DNA of 64,000 nucleotides from Ignavibacteriota bacterium (GTDB lineage: Bacteria > Bacteroidota > Ignavibacteria > Palsa-1295). A program made the position numbers and the translations under genes. The notes under the pieces were generated by a model. That model did not search any database, had not been told where the DNA came from, and saw nothing but the letters and a program-made list of their open reading frames with translations. Of the stretch, positions 30,333-40,200 are shown in pieces; position 1 is the first letter of the stretch; the number at the start of each line of letters is the position of its first letter. Where the stretch lies: positions 96,001 to 160,000 of the forward strand of contig CAWBEI010000006.1 in the NCBI GenBank assembly GCA_963787835.1, in the 5' to 3' direction.

Positions 30333-31334
30333 CTAATCGGCAAAACCAATCTTTGAGATCATGGTTCGTGCACGCGCTTCGTACGTCTCATCACGAACAC
30401 GCTCATACCCTTTCTTCGCGATCTGGGTGGCATGTCCACGATCATTCGCAAATTGCCGAACTTGCATTAGTAGCTCTTCTGGAGTTTCATAGCACTCCAT
30501 CTCCGAACCCTCAACAAACCATTGCGATTGTTCATCCGAACGGGTGGTGAGCATCGCAGTGCGCGTTGCGGGAATTTCGAACGTTCGCATATTGTGGCTG
30601 CCGATATTTTGACCGCGTAAAATGTTGATCGAGCAAGCACCAAGCCCCAGCACGCGCACAGCATCATCGCCATAAACTGCATTGGAGAGGATCCAATCCT
30701 TTGGAACGAACTTCGACCGGTGCCAACCATTGCCGACAATGCGAATTCTGCAACTGCCAAGTTCAGCCAGAAGTTTATCGCGATCTTCGGTGTACGTGCC
30801 GACAAAGATCGCGTCGTAAATCGGATTCGTCTGTTCCGTATTTAATGGATGATGCAATTCCGGATCGTAGGCAAATGGAAGGTACTCTACATTGTTAGCG
30901 CCGGCAGTTTTGAATTGTTCAATGAGCTGCTTATTCCATGTAAAATGAAAATCATAGACCGGGATGCTTTGAAGCAGGCGAATGGAACGGTTTGCGGGAT
31001 CCCATGGGCTATCAGGGTTAAAATTTACCAACATCCGATCACGAAGAATTTGTTTGGCGGTACTTAGTGTATCTGGTGCGATCGTTCTCCCTTTTATCAC
31101 CAAAACTATATCAGGATTTGCATCCTCGATCGCTGCATTGAACCACTTGCCTACGCGGTCAGCAATTCTCGATCTCAAAAGCTTATTGGTTAACGCGGTG
31201 AGGGCAAGTGGATGGTTATTCTGGTGCTTCTCCCAATCGAAACGAACAACGCTCCATCCGATCGATTCGAACGCTCTGGCATAGCTCTCTTCAAGCGAGC
31301 CATGCCAAAAAGCTCCAGCGATCAGCACCTTCAT
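30333..31334 (-). CDS. Glycosyltransferase, CgeB/DUF3880-like (GT-B)
   Basis: FAYDP..H, FVGT, HNMRTFEIPA, TY..RA; ATG at 31334 overlaps the upstream stop (ATGA). Confidence 0.8.
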   Translation of the reverse strand: MKVLIAGAFWHGSLEESYARAFESIGWSVVRFDWEKHQNNHPLALTALTNKLLRSRIADRVGKWFNAAIEDANPDIVLVIKGRTIAPDTLSTAKQILRDRMLVNFNPDSPWDPANRSIRLLQSIPVYDFHFTWNKQLIEQFKTAGANNVEYLPFAYDPELHHPLNTEQTNPIYDAIFVGTYTEDRDKLLAELGSCRIRIVGNGWHRSKFVPKDWILSNAVYGDDAVRVLGLGACSINILRGQNIGSHNMRTFEIPATRTAMLTTRSDEQSQWFVEGSEMECYETPEELLMQVRQFANDRGHATQIAKKGYERVRDETYEARARTMISKIGFAD

Positions 31335-33343
31335 TGCAACTCCCCTTCCGGTTTGCGCACCCAAAGGATGATATCCGGCGCGAAGAGGCCCGGCGCCACG
31401 TCTTCGAGAAAGCCCAAACGCAATGCTCGCGGCAACCGTCTGCGCAGAAACGATGATGCATGCTGCGTTGCATATCCCCCGAACGCATCGAGTCCATCGA
31501 AAATGGAGGAGTCCCCATTCGAGCGAATAGATTCCACTTTGAAACCACTAACCTCGAACAATCTGGTGAACGATCTCAAATTATAAAAGCGGATATGTGC
31601 GCCCTTCCATTCATTCGAAAGGTCTGAAATAGAAGTAGATAGTTCCGCGCGAGTCACTGCGCGCAATCGCTCCCTGAAATATCCGCTGTTAGGCACGCTC
31701 GCAATAAGTAACCCTCCGGGTTTTAACACTCGGAAGATCTCGCTCACTGTGAATTTCGGATCGTAGAGATGTTCAAGCACCTCGATACAAACTGCGCCAT
31801 CAAATGTATTTTTCTCGAATGGAAACGGCTGGGAAAGATCGTGAACCCTTGCATCGATACCCATTTGCGTGGCTCGCGCAATGCCGGTGGTACTGATATC
31901 GATTGCTTTTAGATCACGCACCTGCTTGACGAGCCAGGCCTGATAGTTCGAGGCATCGCCACAACCGACATCCAGCACCGAAGCGCTCTCCTGAAATGCA
32001 ACCGATCCTTTATTCTTGAAATGCAAACCGAGCTGCATATCTGTGAAAGAATGCGACGGCGTCCATCCGTGATCGCGGTTCCAGTATGCGTCGTAAAAGG
32101 ATGAGATTTCGGTTCCGTCGTTGGTGGACTCTTTGGACGAATTGGAATTATTAAGGATGGCAGTATAAGTTTTCTCTATCGTATCGCCATAAACATCCCA
32201 GCCAAAAGTTTTTGATTTTTCTGACGCCGCTTTACCTAAAGATTTTGCGTGAGCTGGATCATCAAGCAAATCGGCAACTGCGGAAGCAAGTTTATCTGCG
32301 TCACCCACGGGGATAATGGCGCCATTCTCTCCATCGTCGATAAACTCGCTTGCTCCGGTGTTTTCGGATGCAATGACGGGAACTCCGGATGCCATCGCCT
32401 CGGCGATCACGAGGGCCAGACCCTCCTGCATCGAAGGTTGTACGAACATATCAGCGCGATGGAAATGGCTGACTAATTCGTGATTTGGAACGAATGGAAT
32501 ATGCTCATCAATTTCAGAACGCAACGGACTTGACTTCAGCCACGATTCAAAATCCTTTTCGAGGCGGCCGATCAGTTTAAGTCGAAACTTCTTTCCCTTA
32601 GTCCGCATCGCATGAGCAGCTTCGAGCAAATATGGTATCCCCTTTTGGAAGCCGATGGCACCCACGTATAAAATGGTTGGAGTTTCAGAATCCGGCTTAT
32701 TGGCATTAGGGTAGAATTGATCGAGATCGACTCCATATCTAACCTTCAACACCTTTTTCGGGTCGAATCCACGAGCAAGAAAACTTTGACGCGCGAATTC
32801 GCTGGGCGTCATGATAATATCTGCTTCGTGATACTCTTTGAGTTGCTTCTCTTCAAGCAATCGATCCCATTTGGAGCGCTGCATCGGTGCAACACCGAAT
32901 CGGTTGCGTTCCGTATCGATCAGGCGATATTGCTCTGTGATGTATGTTGAACCCCGCTCGATGATCGCGATCGCGCCGCGCGCTTTTGCTTCCCGCATTT
33001 GAAATAACGATTGGCTCGCCCAGCCCACGAACAGATCGCTGTTCGGGATATATTTGATCGCGGAACGGTCGTAAAGATTATCCTTAGCAAAGTAGGAAAG
33101 CGATTGGGAATCGCTGGCGGGAAGCTGACGCAGGGCAAAGCCGAGATATTCCGGCATAGGAACCTGACGGACGCGCTTCAAAAATTCCGGATCGCTGCGA
33201 AGTGAGTCCGGTAGCCGCCGGTTTGGCAGACGCTTCTCATTCAGCGTGCTCGTGATAAAGCGCTGAAGATGCCCGCGTTTCGCAAGCTGCTCGACTAAAT
33301 GGAACGCATGAAAACGTCCGGCTACGCTAACGGTTACTCGCAT
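31331..33343 (-). CDS. GT4 glycosyltransferase fused to a class I SAM methyltransferase
   Basis: N-part YVG...QKG, PSMQEGLALVIAEAMASGVPVI; C-part VLDVGCG, EVLEHL, RVLKPGG. Confidence 0.85.
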   Translation of the reverse strand: MRVTVSVAGRFHAFHLVEQLAKRGHLQRFITSTLNEKRLPNRRLPDSLRSDPEFLKRVRQVPMPEYLGFALRQLPASDSQSLSYFAKDNLYDRSAIKYIPNSDLFVGWASQSLFQMREAKARGAIAIIERGSTYITEQYRLIDTERNRFGVAPMQRSKWDRLLEEKQLKEYHEADIIMTPSEFARQSFLARGFDPKKVLKVRYGVDLDQFYPNANKPDSETPTILYVGAIGFQKGIPYLLEAAHAMRTKGKKFRLKLIGRLEKDFESWLKSSPLRSEIDEHIPFVPNHELVSHFHRADMFVQPSMQEGLALVIAEAMASGVPVIASENTGASEFIDDGENGAIIPVGDADKLASAVADLLDDPAHAKSLGKAASEKSKTFGWDVYGDTIEKTYTAILNNSNSSKESTNDGTEISSFYDAYWNRDHGWTPSHSFTDMQLGLHFKNKGSVAFQESASVLDVGCGDASNYQAWLVKQVRDLKAIDISTTGIARATQMGIDARVHDLSQPFPFEKNTFDGAVCIEVLEHLYDPKFTVSEIFRVLKPGGLLIASVPNSGYFRERLRAVTRAELSTSISDLSNEWKGAHIRFYNLRSFTRLFEVSGFKVESIRSNGDSSIFDGLDAFGGYATQHASSFLRRRLPRALRLGFLEDVAPGLFAPDIILWVRKPEGELQ

Positions 33344-33435
33344 GGATCATCGCTGCTGTTTGCGGGGCATGAGCAAACGAGCAGTGTTACAACAATTAAT
33401 TATAAACTAACCTTTTATCAGGTTGTAACCTAACA

Positions 33436-33921
33436 TCAGGCTAATTCAATTTCAAGCAAGGGGGCATTTTTTTCCACTGAACTTCCTTCGGCTACTATGA
33501 TCCGAGTGACGTGGCCGGTGACAGAAGCAAGAATATTGTTTTCCATTTTCATCGCTTCCAAAACCACCACGATCGTTGTTCGTTCTACGTTATCTCCAAG
33601 AGCGACTTTCATCGAACGAAGCAGCCCGGGCATTGGCGCTCTTATGACATGAGTTCCGGTACGAACAGTTCCAGCCGATCCCGCCAAATTAAAGCGTTCT
33701 CGAATGATACGCTCCCGCTCTGACTCGATCTTTAGCTCCGTGCCATCGAGCGCCAGCCCATCGCTAAGGCGGCCATCGGGCAGAGCAAAAACTTCGAAGT
33801 GCCTGCCATCAATAGAGATGGAGAAATGACCCGGAGTGATCTCTATCATCTCGCAATCGGCAAGCGGAACAGTGCGCCATTCGCCGTTCCACTCGATGCG
33901 TATCGTGTTTTCTGTGCTCAT
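33436..33921 (-). CDS. Biotin/lipoyl-carrier subunit of an acyl-CoA carboxylase
   Basis: APMPG, EAMKMEN; ATG at 33921 (MSTENT) overlaps the ribF stop. Confidence 0.85.
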   Translation of the reverse strand: MSTENTIRIEWNGEWRTVPLADCEMIEITPGHFSISIDGRHFEVFALPDGRLSDGLALDGTELKIESERERIIRERFNLAGSAGTVRTGTHVIRAPMPGLLRSMKVALGDNVERTTIVVVLEAMKMENNILASVTGHVTRIIVAEGSSVEKNAPLLEIELA

Positions 33922-34850
33922 TTTCCTGCTAAGACTCGAATAACAGAAACGTCCGTTTCGATGGCTAATCGTAACTCTTCCAACGAAGAATATTTCTTCT
34001 GTGGGCGCAAGTATTTGAGGCAATCGACCTTGAGCTTCTGCCCGTAAAGATCACCCTGGAATCCGATGAGCAGCACTTCGATCACTCGATCGCCATCCTC
34101 GTGAACGGTTGGCTTTTTGCCGATACTGAGCGCCGCCTGATACTTCTTGTTGTTGTGGATAACATGCGCCGCATAGACCCCATCCATTGGAATCAGTTTA
34201 GAGGGATCTATTTCCAAATTCGCTGTGGGAAATCCGAGGTCGCGACCGATGGCATCGCCATGCACGACGAGGCCTTCCATGCCATAAGGACGGCCCAGCC
34301 ATTCGTTCGCGTTTGCCATATCCCCTGCTTTTATTGCGAGCCGTATCTTACTTGAACTGATAGAGATACCGTTCTTTTCTACGGGAGGTACTTCTTCTAT
34401 TATAATTCCTAATTCAGGAGCTATTTTCTTGAGATGTTCGGCATCGCCTTCCCTGTTTTTCCCGAACGCATGATTGAATCCCACGACCATCGCGCGGGTG
34501 CCAAGCTGTTTGGAAATAGTATCTTGAAAGAACTCGATGTAGGATGTTTGCGAAAATTCCGGCGTGAATTTTATCACCAGCGCTTCGTCGATGCCTTCCT
34601 GTTCGATCAATTGCAGACGCTCCTCGATGGTGGTCAGAAGTTCGACCGAGGTATCGTTCTTCCGCAGGACTTGCTGGGGGTGCGGATGGAACGTGATGAG
34701 CAGCGAACGGTCCATGCCGAGCTCATGCTTTCGCTGACGGAGTCGCGCAAGGATCTGTTTATGGCCGAGATGAACGCCATCGTAACTACCGAGCGTGGTG
34801 ATCGTCTTCGGTGAAAAGGTCGCGTTTTCTAATCCCCAGGTAACTTTCAA
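33918..34850 (-). CDS. ribF: Bifunctional riboflavin kinase/FAD synthetase
   Basis: GSYDGVHLGH, TFHPHP, ISSSKIR, LGFPTAN, GVYA, LRPQKK; TTG start (34850 or 34856). Confidence 0.95.
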   Translation of the reverse strand: MKVTWGLENATFSPKTITTLGSYDGVHLGHKQILARLRQRKHELGMDRSLLITFHPHPQQVLRKNDTSVELLTTIEERLQLIEQEGIDEALVIKFTPEFSQTSYIEFFQDTISKQLGTRAMVVGFNHAFGKNREGDAEHLKKIAPELGIIIEEVPPVEKNGISISSSKIRLAIKAGDMANANEWLGRPYGMEGLVVHGDAIGRDLGFPTANLEIDPSKLIPMDGVYAAHVIHNNKKYQAALSIGKKPTVHEDGDRVIEVLLIGFQGDLYGQKLKVDCLKYLRPQKKYSSLEELRLAIETDVSVIRVLAGK

Positions 34851-34881
34851 GTACAAAAAATGATTAAAAACCTAAAAACAA

Positions 34882-35035
34882 TGTCATTCTGAGCGTAGCA
34901 AAACGGAGTCCGCCCCTCGGACTCCGTTTTGCGAAGTCGAAGAATCTTTTGCACTTTCAGAGATCCTTCGACTCCATTCGTCCCTCCACGCATCGTGGGC
35001 GATGCGTGGAGGGACGAACTCCGCTCAGGATGACA
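34882..35035. repeat. GTCATYCTGAGC-type palindromic REP/MITE-like element
   Basis: TGTCATTCTGAGCG ... CGCTCAGGATGACA termini with two internal perfect hairpins; overlaps the truB stop. Confidence 0.85.
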
Positions 35036-35789
35036 GGCTAACATCATTAGAAGTTTGTTGAATTGCGGTCGTTACTTCGTTCAACGGTATCGCATCGCTT
35101 ACGCGCCATTCGCCGATGGCTTCGCGATCGAGATCGATAAGGATGCCGCCGGTTCCGAGCGTAACGGCAATATCTCGAACGAGGCTGCGAATATATGTCC
35201 CTTTCGAAACACGCACCCGGAAAGTGATATACGGTAATTCGACAGAGATAATTTCAACTTCATGCACAAAAATACTTCGGGCGGTCATTACCGGCGTTCT
35301 TCCCGCGCGGGCAGCGTGATAAACCGGCTGCCCGCCTTGCTTGATGGCGCTATAGATCGGCGGCATTTGCTCATGATCGCCTGGAAGCCCATTGATGGCG
35401 GATTCCACTGCTTCACACGTGATGTGTTGCTCATCGCCAATGATCTCAATAGGCCGTTCGAGATCGAAACTGGGGCTGGTTACTCCGAAGCGCATTCGGA
35501 CGCGATATGTTTTATCAAGACCAATAAGATTCGCTAGCTCTTTTGTTTTATGCCGCGTGGCAATGATGAGCAAACCGGTTGCAAGCGGATCGAGTGTGCC
35601 GGCATGACCGCACTTTACGCGCCGGATACCGGTAACGCGGCTCATTGCTTTACGGATCTGGTTCACGGCGTAGAAGGAAGTCTCGCCGTACGGTTTTTGG
35701 ATCAATAATAATGCGCCTTCAGAACTAAGAATCTGCTCTCGCGCAGTCGTTGGATCAGCAAGGAGGGATGAGCGGTCAATAAGTTCCAA
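35025..35789 (-). CDS. truB: tRNA pseudouridine-55 synthase
   Basis: KCGHAGTLDPLATGLL, QMPPIYSAIK, SKGTYIRSL. Confidence 0.95.
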   Translation of the reverse strand: MELIDRSSLLADPTTAREQILSSEGALLLIQKPYGETSFYAVNQIRKAMSRVTGIRRVKCGHAGTLDPLATGLLIIATRHKTKELANLIGLDKTYRVRMRFGVTSPSFDLERPIEIIGDEQHITCEAVESAINGLPGDHEQMPPIYSAIKQGGQPVYHAARAGRTPVMTARSIFVHEVEIISVELPYITFRVRVSKGTYIRSLVRDIAVTLGTGGILIDLDREAIGEWRVSDAIPLNEVTTAIQQTSNDVSLSS

Positions 35790-35827
35790 AAGTATAGTAA
35801 ATGTATCTCTAGTGAATGTTTTTATAC

Positions 35828-35953
35828 GTCATTGCGAGGAGAAGAGAACGACCGGAGGGAGTTCGATTCGACGAAGCAATCTCTTCACTGCAAGATTGAG
35901 ATTGCTTCGTCGGAATCACTCCGCTTCGCTCCGTGATTCCAACTCGCAATGAC
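35828..35953. repeat. GTCATTGCGAG...CTCGCAATGAC element (copy 2)
   Basis: Same termini and GACGAAGCAATC/GATTGCTTCGTC stem as 351-476; both copies are 126 bp. Confidence 0.85.
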
Positions 35954-35965
35954 ATCGTTATACAT

Positions 35966-36334
35966 TTATGATTCTTTTTCCTGAGACGGTGGCCGCGACT
36001 CCCCTATTTTCTTGAAGATCTCTTCGATATGGGCTACTTCCTCCTGGGTCTGATCTAAATAAAAGAAAAGCTCCGGAGCATAACGCAAACGGATGGCTTT
36101 GGCGACGGCGGCGCGAAGGTGAGGCGCTTCGCTCTTGATCTTCTCGAGTACGCTTGCGCCCGGAGCACTCCCGCCGAGCAGACTCACATAGACCCGCGCA
36201 CTGCGCAGATCCGGAGACATGCGGACTTTGGTGACCGTAATAAGGCCATCCGTAAGGCTGGAAAAATCGGTTTGAAGGGCATGGGCAAGCGCCTGCTGCA
36301 CTTCCCCGCCCACGCGCTCGGTTCGTATTGACAT
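35966..36334 (-). CDS. rbfA: Ribosome-binding factor A
   Basis: R.ERV, ITVTKVRMSPDLRSARVYVS, LRYAPELFF. Confidence 0.93.
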   Translation of the reverse strand: MSIRTERVGGEVQQALAHALQTDFSSLTDGLITVTKVRMSPDLRSARVYVSLLGGSAPGASVLEKIKSEAPHLRAAVAKAIRLRYAPELFFYLDQTQEEVAHIEEIFKKIGESRPPSQEKES

Positions 36335-36402
36335 AATGAAGAAAACAGGAGGATCGGGAGGGCGTTCCTTAGGAATTGCAGAACAGCATATTACCGGAAT
36401 AA

Positions 36403-36410
36403 TATCTTTG
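36403..36410 (+). promoter_or_regulatory. Bacteroidota-type -7 promoter box (TATCTTTG) for the prodomain/protease pair
   Basis: TAnnTTTG match about 80 nt upstream of the ATG at 36491, with TTGCA further upstream. Confidence 0.5.
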
Positions 36411-36490
36411 CATATTCATGAAACGAAATGAATGTTCGGGTGTTTTTAAGTCGAGTATTGGTTCGTTTTTAGGATTTGAGGGCAAATGTT

Positions 36491-37258
36491 ATGAAAAAAG
36501 CTTTATTCGCGGTTCTGATGCTTCTCGCTATGACGAGCTGCCTACACGCACAAGCAGTTGACCCAACCTGCCTTGTTCTTTGGCAAAAGGTGTATTACCC
36601 AAACGTGCCCGACAGCCTCATTGATAATTACGATAGTGCGATGGTGGATACATGCAATGATTCGATAGCCATTCACGAGGGTTTACCAGAGATTTATCTT
36701 CAACATTATTGGGAGTTCGTTTTTCAGTACGATATTTTACCACTTGATTCCGTCAATGCAGACAGCACCTTGATTGTCGGTTGGGATGCTATAGATACAA
36801 ACTATCGTGCTACAAGGGATTCTTTCCAAAGAATGGCAGCCAAATATGGTTCGGTTCGACTTCGAAAAGCATTCCCCAATGTCATCGATAGCACGATCCA
36901 ATCATCGAACGCTTTTGCCTTGATATTAGGCTCGTATTACCCAGCGGATTCCGTTCTAAACGATCTATTAAACGTTCCATTAGTTTCCTATGCATGGTAC
37001 GATCACCCTGCACCAGTGGAGATGGTCAACCAAACACAGACTCTCGACGCAATCAAAATTATTTACATTGATCCTTTACATATTCGACTCTCGGGTATCG
37101 AAGAGAGTTGTCCCTATGTTATTTTCGATATTATTGGACGAGAAATAAGTGAAGGTAAAATTGAAGGGTTAGGTATCATAGACTTGACCATTCTTAAGGC
37201 AGGATGTTATTTTGTTTTCCTTAACAATCATATATTACATTTTTTCCGTGAGCCATAA
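36491..37258 (+). CDS. Secreted stand-alone paralog of the adjacent protease prodomain, with a degenerate T9SS C-terminal domain
   Basis: Signal peptide; 35/75 identities (hand count) to the N-terminus of 37289..42085; C-terminal IFDIIGR...IDL..LKAGCYFV. Confidence 0.75.
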   Translation: MKKALFAVLMLLAMTSCLHAQAVDPTCLVLWQKVYYPNVPDSLIDNYDSAMVDTCNDSIAIHEGLPEIYLQHYWEFVFQYDILPLDSVNADSTLIVGWDAIDTNYRATRDSFQRMAAKYGSVRLRKAFPNVIDSTIQSSNAFALILGSYYPADSVLNDLLNVPLVSYAWYDHPAPVEMVNQTQTLDAIKIIYIDPLHIRLSGIEESCPYVIFDIIGREISEGKIEGLGIIDLTILKAGCYFVFLNNHILHFFREP

Positions 37259-37288
37259 CCTACCAAATTCTTATTTTAGAACAATCTT

Positions 37289-40200
37289 ATGAAACGTGTG
37301 TCACTGTTTTTCTTACTAATCCTTGGTTTTGCAAGTGGTTTATATGCACAACCATCAACATACCCCCTATACCAGAACATCTTCGGCGCGACCTATCTTA
37401 ATGCTGACTCAGTCAGAGTCGATACGACCACTGGCTCACCTACATTCCATCATCTTTTTGCGAAACGCTATTTTGCAATCTCATTTACTTATGATATCAT
37501 GCCTCTCGACTCAGTATCCTCCGACAGCGTCTTGATTGTTGGTATCAGCGCTATTAACGGTTCATACTCCGTGATCCGAACTCAATTCGATTCACTGCAA
37601 GTAAAGCTCGGAACTATCTCATTTCAGAAGGCATATCCAGCAATCGCCGATAGTACTATTGCTTGTTCAAATGCGTTTGGACTTTTCTTTGCGAATTATG
37701 TCGATGTTGACACTGCTACTTTTTATCTTCAGCAAATTCCACTTACCCATGTTCGATTCGCAAGCATGCCATACGTCAACTGTGTGATCCCAACGGATGC
37801 CGGAATGATACCTGGAACACCTGCTTCTGCACTTCCTCCTGATGGCTCTAACCCACCTTCTGGTTATGCGACAAACTTTCATCCACTTGGGTGGGAATGG
37901 AGTCTCTACAAAATGAAATGCCCAATGGCGTGGGAAATTACGATGGGAAGGCCGGATGTATACATACTTGATGCAGATGATTGGGACTATACAACCCCGA
38001 GCGTCAATGCTGACTTAGTACCTAACTTTAAAACAATCAGCGCAAACACAGATTTGGGTTGGCCTTCTTTACCACTTTACGAAGGACATGGTCATAAGTG
38101 CATTGGTCAGGCTATTGCTGCGGCAGGCAATGGCTATTCTATGGTAGGCGTTGCCCCGAAGTGCAAGGCGCTGGGCATAGGGCACGGCTTCGGTGATCCA
38201 GATTATGAACATATCGACTGCGATGGTCTTAAGAACGGTATTAAAACATACGCAGATGTTATTTATGCTGCTAGCGGTAACCCTGGTGACTTTCTAAATA
38301 TGTTTAATCTCGGCACTGTAGCAACGTTCGCTGCTGGAAATGGGCTTGGACGATTTAATGACGGTTCGGGTGGATCATACCAGGAATACCCGACCGAGTT
38401 TGGACCTTTTGGATGGGGTATTTTCTACATCGACAATAACCCGGCTCACGATATTCCGTTCATTGGTGTTACAATTACTATGGATGGCTTCGATACGTAT
38501 TGCCCGAATGCGTGGTCTTGGTCCAAAGAGGGTGCGGAAACGATTGCAGATTACTACAGTTGGTCTTCAGGGTTGGAGAAATTTGATCAAACCTCTGATC
38601 CAACAATACGTGGACCTTTGAAAGGTCACGCATTCGTTGATCTTGTGGCCCCGGGCCTTGAGGTGCTTTGTGCGTATGGCTCGCCGACTTCCTCTACTTA
38701 CGCAGTCGAAAGCGGCACATCTTTTGCAGCGCCCGAAGTAGCAGGTGTGGCCGCATTGATGAAATCTATCGGCATCAATGGCAATACGCAAGCAAATCAC
38801 TATCTTGGAGTCAACCTTGCAGGGGGAATACCGACGAATGGGGCAGACGTTGAGATGATGGCTCATTTGATTTTAACGTTTACTGCCTATAAGATTGCGG
38901 ACATCTCACGGGACGCAATTGATCCTGGAACTGGAATAGCAATCGCACAGGGGTTCCCTGCAAGTTCAAGCGATGTAGTTTACACTTCGGGTGATCTCGA
39001 TTCTCGTTATGCTAGTGGAACAACACTTACTCCCTGGCAGTATGATTACAATAACAATTCCACGTTTCTGAGTAAAGACGTAGTTGAGCTACCGGGAGAT
39101 GGAATATCTCGAACTCTCAATCGTTCTTGGGCGCAGCGAGTTGGCTTTGGACGGGTAAATGCTTATCGCGCTGTTGCAAACTCGATACCTGTAATCGGAA
39201 ATTACGAATATTCTTCATCCACTCTTCACTTAGGTTTTACTACTGCTGCCGAGAATGAGAACAGCGCGTTCCTAATGCACTTCGGCGCATGGAAAGATGC
39301 AACCCATAAAACTCTTGTAGCTGGCGGAAATATCATTCCTAATCAGAATCTCGTTCCACCTTACGTCGCGTGGCCCCATTTAAATCAAGGGCAGACAGTG
39401 ATTAATAGTGCTAGTGGGACTCCGACAGTTCTCACAGTCGGGGATGACCCTTCCCCGGGCAACTTCGATATTCTCGCAATTGATGGGAACCTGATCGGAG
39501 ACGGTCTTGCAAATAACAAAATCACGACGACGAGCAATGGAAAAATCCTCATAACTGGTTATCTACAAGATGTCGAAGTTACCGGTGCGACGACGAAAGT
39601 CGATGACCTCATAATTTATTCAAGTGGCAGTAATGGCTATAGTAATGTGACTGTTGGAAGTGGCCAGACATCAGAGATCTACGGTGTCGTTCAACTACAA
39701 GATAATGGTAACTTTATTGTCAACGGTGGCACCCTTACCATTCAGCCTGGGGGTGAGATCGAAATGGAGGGAAATAACGGTTTCGACATTCTGAGTGGTA
39801 GCCATGTCATCATGGAGGCAAGCTCAACCATCGCGAATGAATGGGTAAAAGTAGAGAGCGGAGCAACTCTGGAAATAAAGGGTTTACTCCCAGCAAGTAT
39901 TTTCTCGGATTTACTCGTTGAATCTGGTGGACAAGTGATAATTGATGCTGGCGCAACACTGCAACTTGACGAATTTACGGTATATTCAGGTGGGTCGATT
40001 ACTGTCCTGGGTGGTACGGGCACTGGTGGTACTCCAGCACTTCCAGGGGGAAGACTGACATTAAATAAGAGCACAACAAACACATGCCTGGGCACTTTGT
40101 CATTTGAAGGGGTAACAGGCGTGGGCAATCGTTGTACCTTAACAGGTGGCATCTCGGCCTGCGGCCAAGTTGATCAAAATGCTATTATACTTGTAAGGGG

